Shown: piece after piece, positions 43,026 to 45,546 of the stretch
Layout: each line of letters begins with the position of its first letter
How positions within the stretch are numbered: position 1 is the first letter of the stretch
Source: Candidatus Woesearchaeota archaeon
Lineage (GTDB): Archaea; Nanobdellota; Nanobdellia; Pacearchaeales; GW2011-AR1
Direction: 5' to 3'
Assembly (NCBI GenBank): GCA_964354995.1
Contig: CAYHBQ010000001.1
Location: 727-46,272 of the forward strand
Length of the DNA: 45,546 nucleotides
The notes under the pieces: generated by a model
Told to the model about the DNA's origin: nothing
The model's input: the letters and a program-made list of their open reading frames with translations, nothing else
Databases searched by the model: none
Program-made: the position numbers and the translations under genes

Positions 43026-44123
43026 ATGGCATTAAGTATTGAAAAAAGAGGGCAGACGACGGCGCATCCGCTCGATAAAGAACTCGAAACGTTAATACAG
43101 AATCAGGTTTCTCGAATAAAAGTAGTAGGGTGTGGAGGCGGAGGAGGCAATTCAGTATCTCGTATGAAAGAAATCGGAATTAAGGGATGCGAGGTTGTCG
43201 CGCTCAATACCGATGCACAGGATCTCTTGTACGCTAACGCTGACCACAAAATTCTCATCGGTCGCGAATTAACGCATGGTCTTGGAGCAGGGAGCAATCC
43301 GAAAATAGGCGAGGAAGCCGCTCGCGAATCGGAGCAAGAAATTCGAAAAAGACTTTCGAATAGTGACTTAGTTTTCATCACGTGCGGGCTCGGCGGAGGC
43401 ACCGGAACCGGAGCAGCACCCGTAGTCGCGGATATAGCTAAAAAACAAGGGGCACTTACCATCGGTATTGTTACACTGCCTTTCACAGTAGAGGGTCAAA
43501 AAAGAATAGAAAATGCGCAGTATGGGCTTGAACGTATGGCGGAGATTGCAGACACACTCATAGTTATCCCCAATGACAAATTGCTCGAACTTGCGCCCGA
43601 ATTGCCTCTGCATACGGCATTCAAGGTGGCAGATGAGATTTTAACGAACTCTGTGAAGGGAATTGCAGAACTCATTACTACTTCAGGTCTCGTTAACCTT
43701 GATTTCGCAGATGTAAAAGCAGTCATGTCAAACGGAGGGGTGTCTTTAATTGGCATTGGCGAGTCTGATTCTGCAACGGGTCGGGCTGAAGAAGCAGTAG
43801 AACGAGCGATTGATAACCCGCTCCTCAACGTCAATATTAGAGAAGCAAAGGGGGCACTTATTAACATCATTGGGGGTCCTGACTTGACACTCGAAGAATA
43901 TAAGACAGTTATGGAAATTATCGGCAATCGCATAGCCCCCGATGCTAAAATAATTTCGGGCGCCCAAATTTCTGCAGATATGGAGAAATCAATAAAAGTA
44001 TTGCTAATAGTCACGGGAGTCAAAAGTGCGCAGATTCTTGGTTCAGGCGGAAATGATTTATCAAAGAAAACCGAATCGGAATTGCAAGATGAGCTCGGTA
44101 TAGACTTTGTTGACGACGAGTAA
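43026..44123 (+). CDS. ftsZ: Cell division protein FtsZ
   Basis: VVGCGGGGGNSVSRM and the tubulin signature GLGGGTGTGAAPVVA. Confidence 0.95.
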   Translation: MALSIEKRGQTTAHPLDKELETLIQNQVSRIKVVGCGGGGGNSVSRMKEIGIKGCEVVALNTDAQDLLYANADHKILIGRELTHGLGAGSNPKIGEEAARESEQEIRKRLSNSDLVFITCGLGGGTGTGAAPVVADIAKKQGALTIGIVTLPFTVEGQKRIENAQYGLERMAEIADTLIVIPNDKLLELAPELPLHTAFKVADEILTNSVKGIAELITTSGLVNLDFADVKAVMSNGGVSLIGIGESDSATGRAEEAVERAIDNPLLNVNIREAKGALINIIGGPDLTLEEYKTVMEIIGNRIAPDAKIISGAQISADMEKSIKVLLIVTGVKSAQILGSGGNDLSKKTESELQDELGIDFVDDE

Positions 44124-44153
44124 CTTTAAAAACCACAGTCTACTAATGCGCGC

Positions 44154-44333
44154 ATGAAAGAAAAAATAAAATCTTTTCTGATTCAATGTAATCGTGTTTG
44201 GCGCGTCTTACGAAAGCCCTCTGGAATAGAATATAAAACCATTACCAAGGTCGCAGCGCTCGGACTACTCGCGCTCGGACTACTCGGATTTGTTATCTCG
44301 TTAGTCGTGAAAGAGCTTGTTCTTAACGCATAA
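44154..44333 (+). CDS. secE: Protein translocase subunit SecE (Sec61 gamma), 59 aa
   Basis: Own translation: MKEKIKSFLIQCNRVWRVLRKPSGIEYKTITKVAALGLLALGLLGFVISLVVKELVLNA. It sits in the conserved position before spt5. TTTAAAAA lies 21 nt upstream. Confidence 0.8.
   Translation: MKEKIKSFLIQCNRVWRVLRKPSGIEYKTITKVAALGLLALGLLGFVISLVVKELVLNA
44256..44285 (+). repeat. Perfect 15-bp tandem duplication (GCGCTCGGACTACTC x2) inside the SecE TM helix
   Basis: Units at 44256..44270 and 44271..44285. They encode ALGLL-ALGLL in frame. Confidence 0.9.
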
Positions 44334-44400
44334 AAACATTTATAAATCTGCCAAAAACTATCTGAGTACTACTTCTTGATTATTCACGGGGTAGCAGGCT

Positions 44401-44886
44401 ATGATTTTCGTTATAAAGGTAACCACAAACAAGGAAGAGAAAGCAGTTGAAATGATTACTGACCGTGCTCAAAAAAAACAATTGAACGTGTTCGCGGTCG
44501 TCCGTCCTCACGGGTTGCGAGGATATGTCCTACTTGAAGCGGCCGACCGGGATTCTGCCGAAGAGTCTGTATTTAATTTACCGTACGTAAAAGGTATTAT
44601 CGGCAAGACCCTTGTCTACGATGAAATAAAAAACATGGTACAACCAGAGGTAGAAGATTATAATATCGAAGTAGGAGATATTGTCGAAATGATTGCAGAT
44701 TTGTTCAAAAAAGAGAAAGGAAAAGTATTGCGTGTTGATAAACAAAAACGAGAAGTCGTTGTTTCGCTCCTTGGGGCAGCAGTACCTATTCCGGTAACTG
44801 TAAAAATGGATAACATAAGAGTTATAAGGCGTGAAAACGAGCCCGAAAGTACTGACGCGGAGGAAAAAACAAATGCCCGTGATTAA
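44401..44886 (+). CDS. spt5: Transcription elongation factor Spt5 (NusG)
   Basis: NGN domain MIFVIKVTTNKEEKAV...GYVLLEA and KOW EVGDIVEMIADLFKKEKGKVLRVD. Confidence 0.88.
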   Translation: MIFVIKVTTNKEEKAVEMITDRAQKKQLNVFAVVRPHGLRGYVLLEAADRDSAEESVFNLPYVKGIIGKTLVYDEIKNMVQPEVEDYNIEVGDIVEMIADLFKKEKGKVLRVDKQKREVVVSLLGAAVPIPVTVKMDNIRVIRRENEPESTDAEEKTNARD

Positions 44887-45546
44887 ACTCATTGTTGAAG
44901 GAGGGGCCATGAAGCCCGGACCAGCCGTAGCTCAGCAATTAGGTCCTCTCGGTATCAATCTGGGAAAAGTAATCTCAGACGTAAACACCGCGACAGCAGG
45001 ATTCAAAGGTGTCAAAGTCCCCGTTGAAATCGATGCAAATGCAAAAACGAAGCAATTTACCATAAAAGTATTCTCACCTCCCGTGGCCGAGTTGCTTAAG
45101 AAAGAGTTAGGTCTTGAGAAAGGATCAGGCTCTCCCAAGGACACGAAGGTAGGTAACTTGGCTATAGAGCAAGTTATTGCAATTGCTCAAACGAAGTTGC
45201 CCAACATGCTTGCTCGAGATTTGCGTGCCGCCGTTAAACTTGTGGTAGGAAGTTGTGTTTCACTGGGAATTATGGTTGAAGACAAACAGGCGAAAGACAT
45301 AGAACGAGATATCGACGCGGGATTGTACGACAAAGAACTAAAATCGGCTAAGACAGAAGTTTCTGCCGAAAAGAAAGCACGTCTTTCATTAGCATTCGCA
45401 TCGGTCAAGAGCCAGCAGGAAGCTAAAGCGAAAGCCGCTGAAGCTGCCAAGCTTGCTGAAGAAGCAGCCAAAGCCGCAGCAGCCGCAGCGACGCCAGCCG
45501 TAGGAGCAGCACCAGCTGCAGGAACACCAGCAGCCGCAGCGACGCC
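44873..45546 (+). CDS. rpl11: Ribosomal protein uL11 with a long Lys/Ala then Ala/Pro/Thr-rich C-terminal extension; open at window end
   Basis: Own translation: MPVIKLIVEGGAMKPGPAVAQQLGPLGINLGKV...GSCVSLGIMVEDKQAKDIERDIDAGLYDKELK, then SAKTEVSAEKKARL...AKAAAAAATPAVGAAPAAGTPAAAATP. Not in the track because there is no stop in the window. Confidence 0.85.
   Translation, partial: MPVIKLIVEGGAMKPGPAVAQQLGPLGINLGKVISDVNTATAGFKGVKVPVEIDANAKTKQFTIKVFSPPVAELLKKELGLEKGSGSPKDTKVGNLAIEQVIAIAQTKLPNMLARDLRAAVKLVVGSCVSLGIMVEDKQAKDIERDIDAGLYDKELKSAKTEVSAEKKARLSLAFASVKSQQEAKAKAAEAAKLAEEAAKAAAAAATPAVGAAPAAGTPAAAAT
45477..45546 (+). repeat. Direct repeat of 19 nt (CAGCAGCCGCAGCGACGCC) with 51-nt period inside the uL11 extension
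   Basis: Copies at 45477..45495 and 45528..45546. This implies a 17-aa repeat unit (AAAATPAVGAAPAAGTP) that may continue past the window. Confidence 0.7.

Noticed and set aside
1-45546. CRISPR arrays, rRNA genes, transposases/integrases, toxin-antitoxin pairs
   Set aside because: Reading both strands revealed no regularly spaced 25-40-nt repeats, no rRNA-like segments and no recombinase motifs. The only repeats are the short ones listed as features.

Overview
Archaeal chromosome fragment, about 45% GC in sampled lines, with two pockets near 32-35% GC. Genes are tightly packed, often with ATGA start/stop overlaps. Archaea-specific markers include eL19, eL32, eS4, eL40, aIF1, aIF5A, AglB, Spt5 and P0/P1. 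Several reductions (listed below) suggest a small-genome, DPANN-like archaeon, but that is inference. Block 1 (1-16.8 kb) is a large N-glycosylation / surface-glycan locus. It holds a partial MBOAT, AglB/STT3 with WWDYGYW, one GT4, three GT2, one GT9, a GT39-like GT-C, AsnB, an Alg14/Alg13-like pair (the Alg13-like part fused to a methyltransferase-like domain), a Wzx-like flippase and AglH/Alg7-like GPT. Interspersed are queC, a 64-aa paralogue of the aIF5A N-domain, and a nucleoside 2-deoxyribosyltransferase-like gene. Block 2 (16.8-31.3 kb, minus strand) holds a Zn-ribbon mini-ORF, a SpoIIM-like protein, prefoldin alpha, a DUF106/YidC-like insertase, SecY and the complete uL3...uL15 ribosomal operon. 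That operon includes aIF1 but lacks Rpp29, adk and cmk. Block 3 (31.5-45.5 kb) holds an unknown 233-aa protein, an AI-2E transporter, AMP phosphorylase and MazG. It also holds a low-GC secreted GH114-like hydrolase next to an intron-containing tRNA-Ser(UGA), and the uL1-P0-P1 operon. Further along are two low-GC membrane ORFs, a divergent wHTH plus CARF-like pair, and an aIF5A-eL40-S2P protease operon. It ends with FKBP, FtsZ, SecE, Spt5 and uL11 running off the window end. No CRISPR array, rRNA, transposase or integrase was seen. The most interesting signals are as follows. First, the mini-aIF5A is translationally coupled to a GT2. Second, the ribosomal stalk looks remodelled: P0 is truncated, P1 is extended, and uL11 carries an Ala/Pro-rich tail. 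Third, promoter geometry is very regular, with an A/T 8-mer 21 nt before start codons, four shared bidirectional TATA boxes, and a tRNA promoter that would yield a leaderless tRNA. Fourth, the GH114 islet is bounded by a 12-nt copy of the tRNA 3' end.
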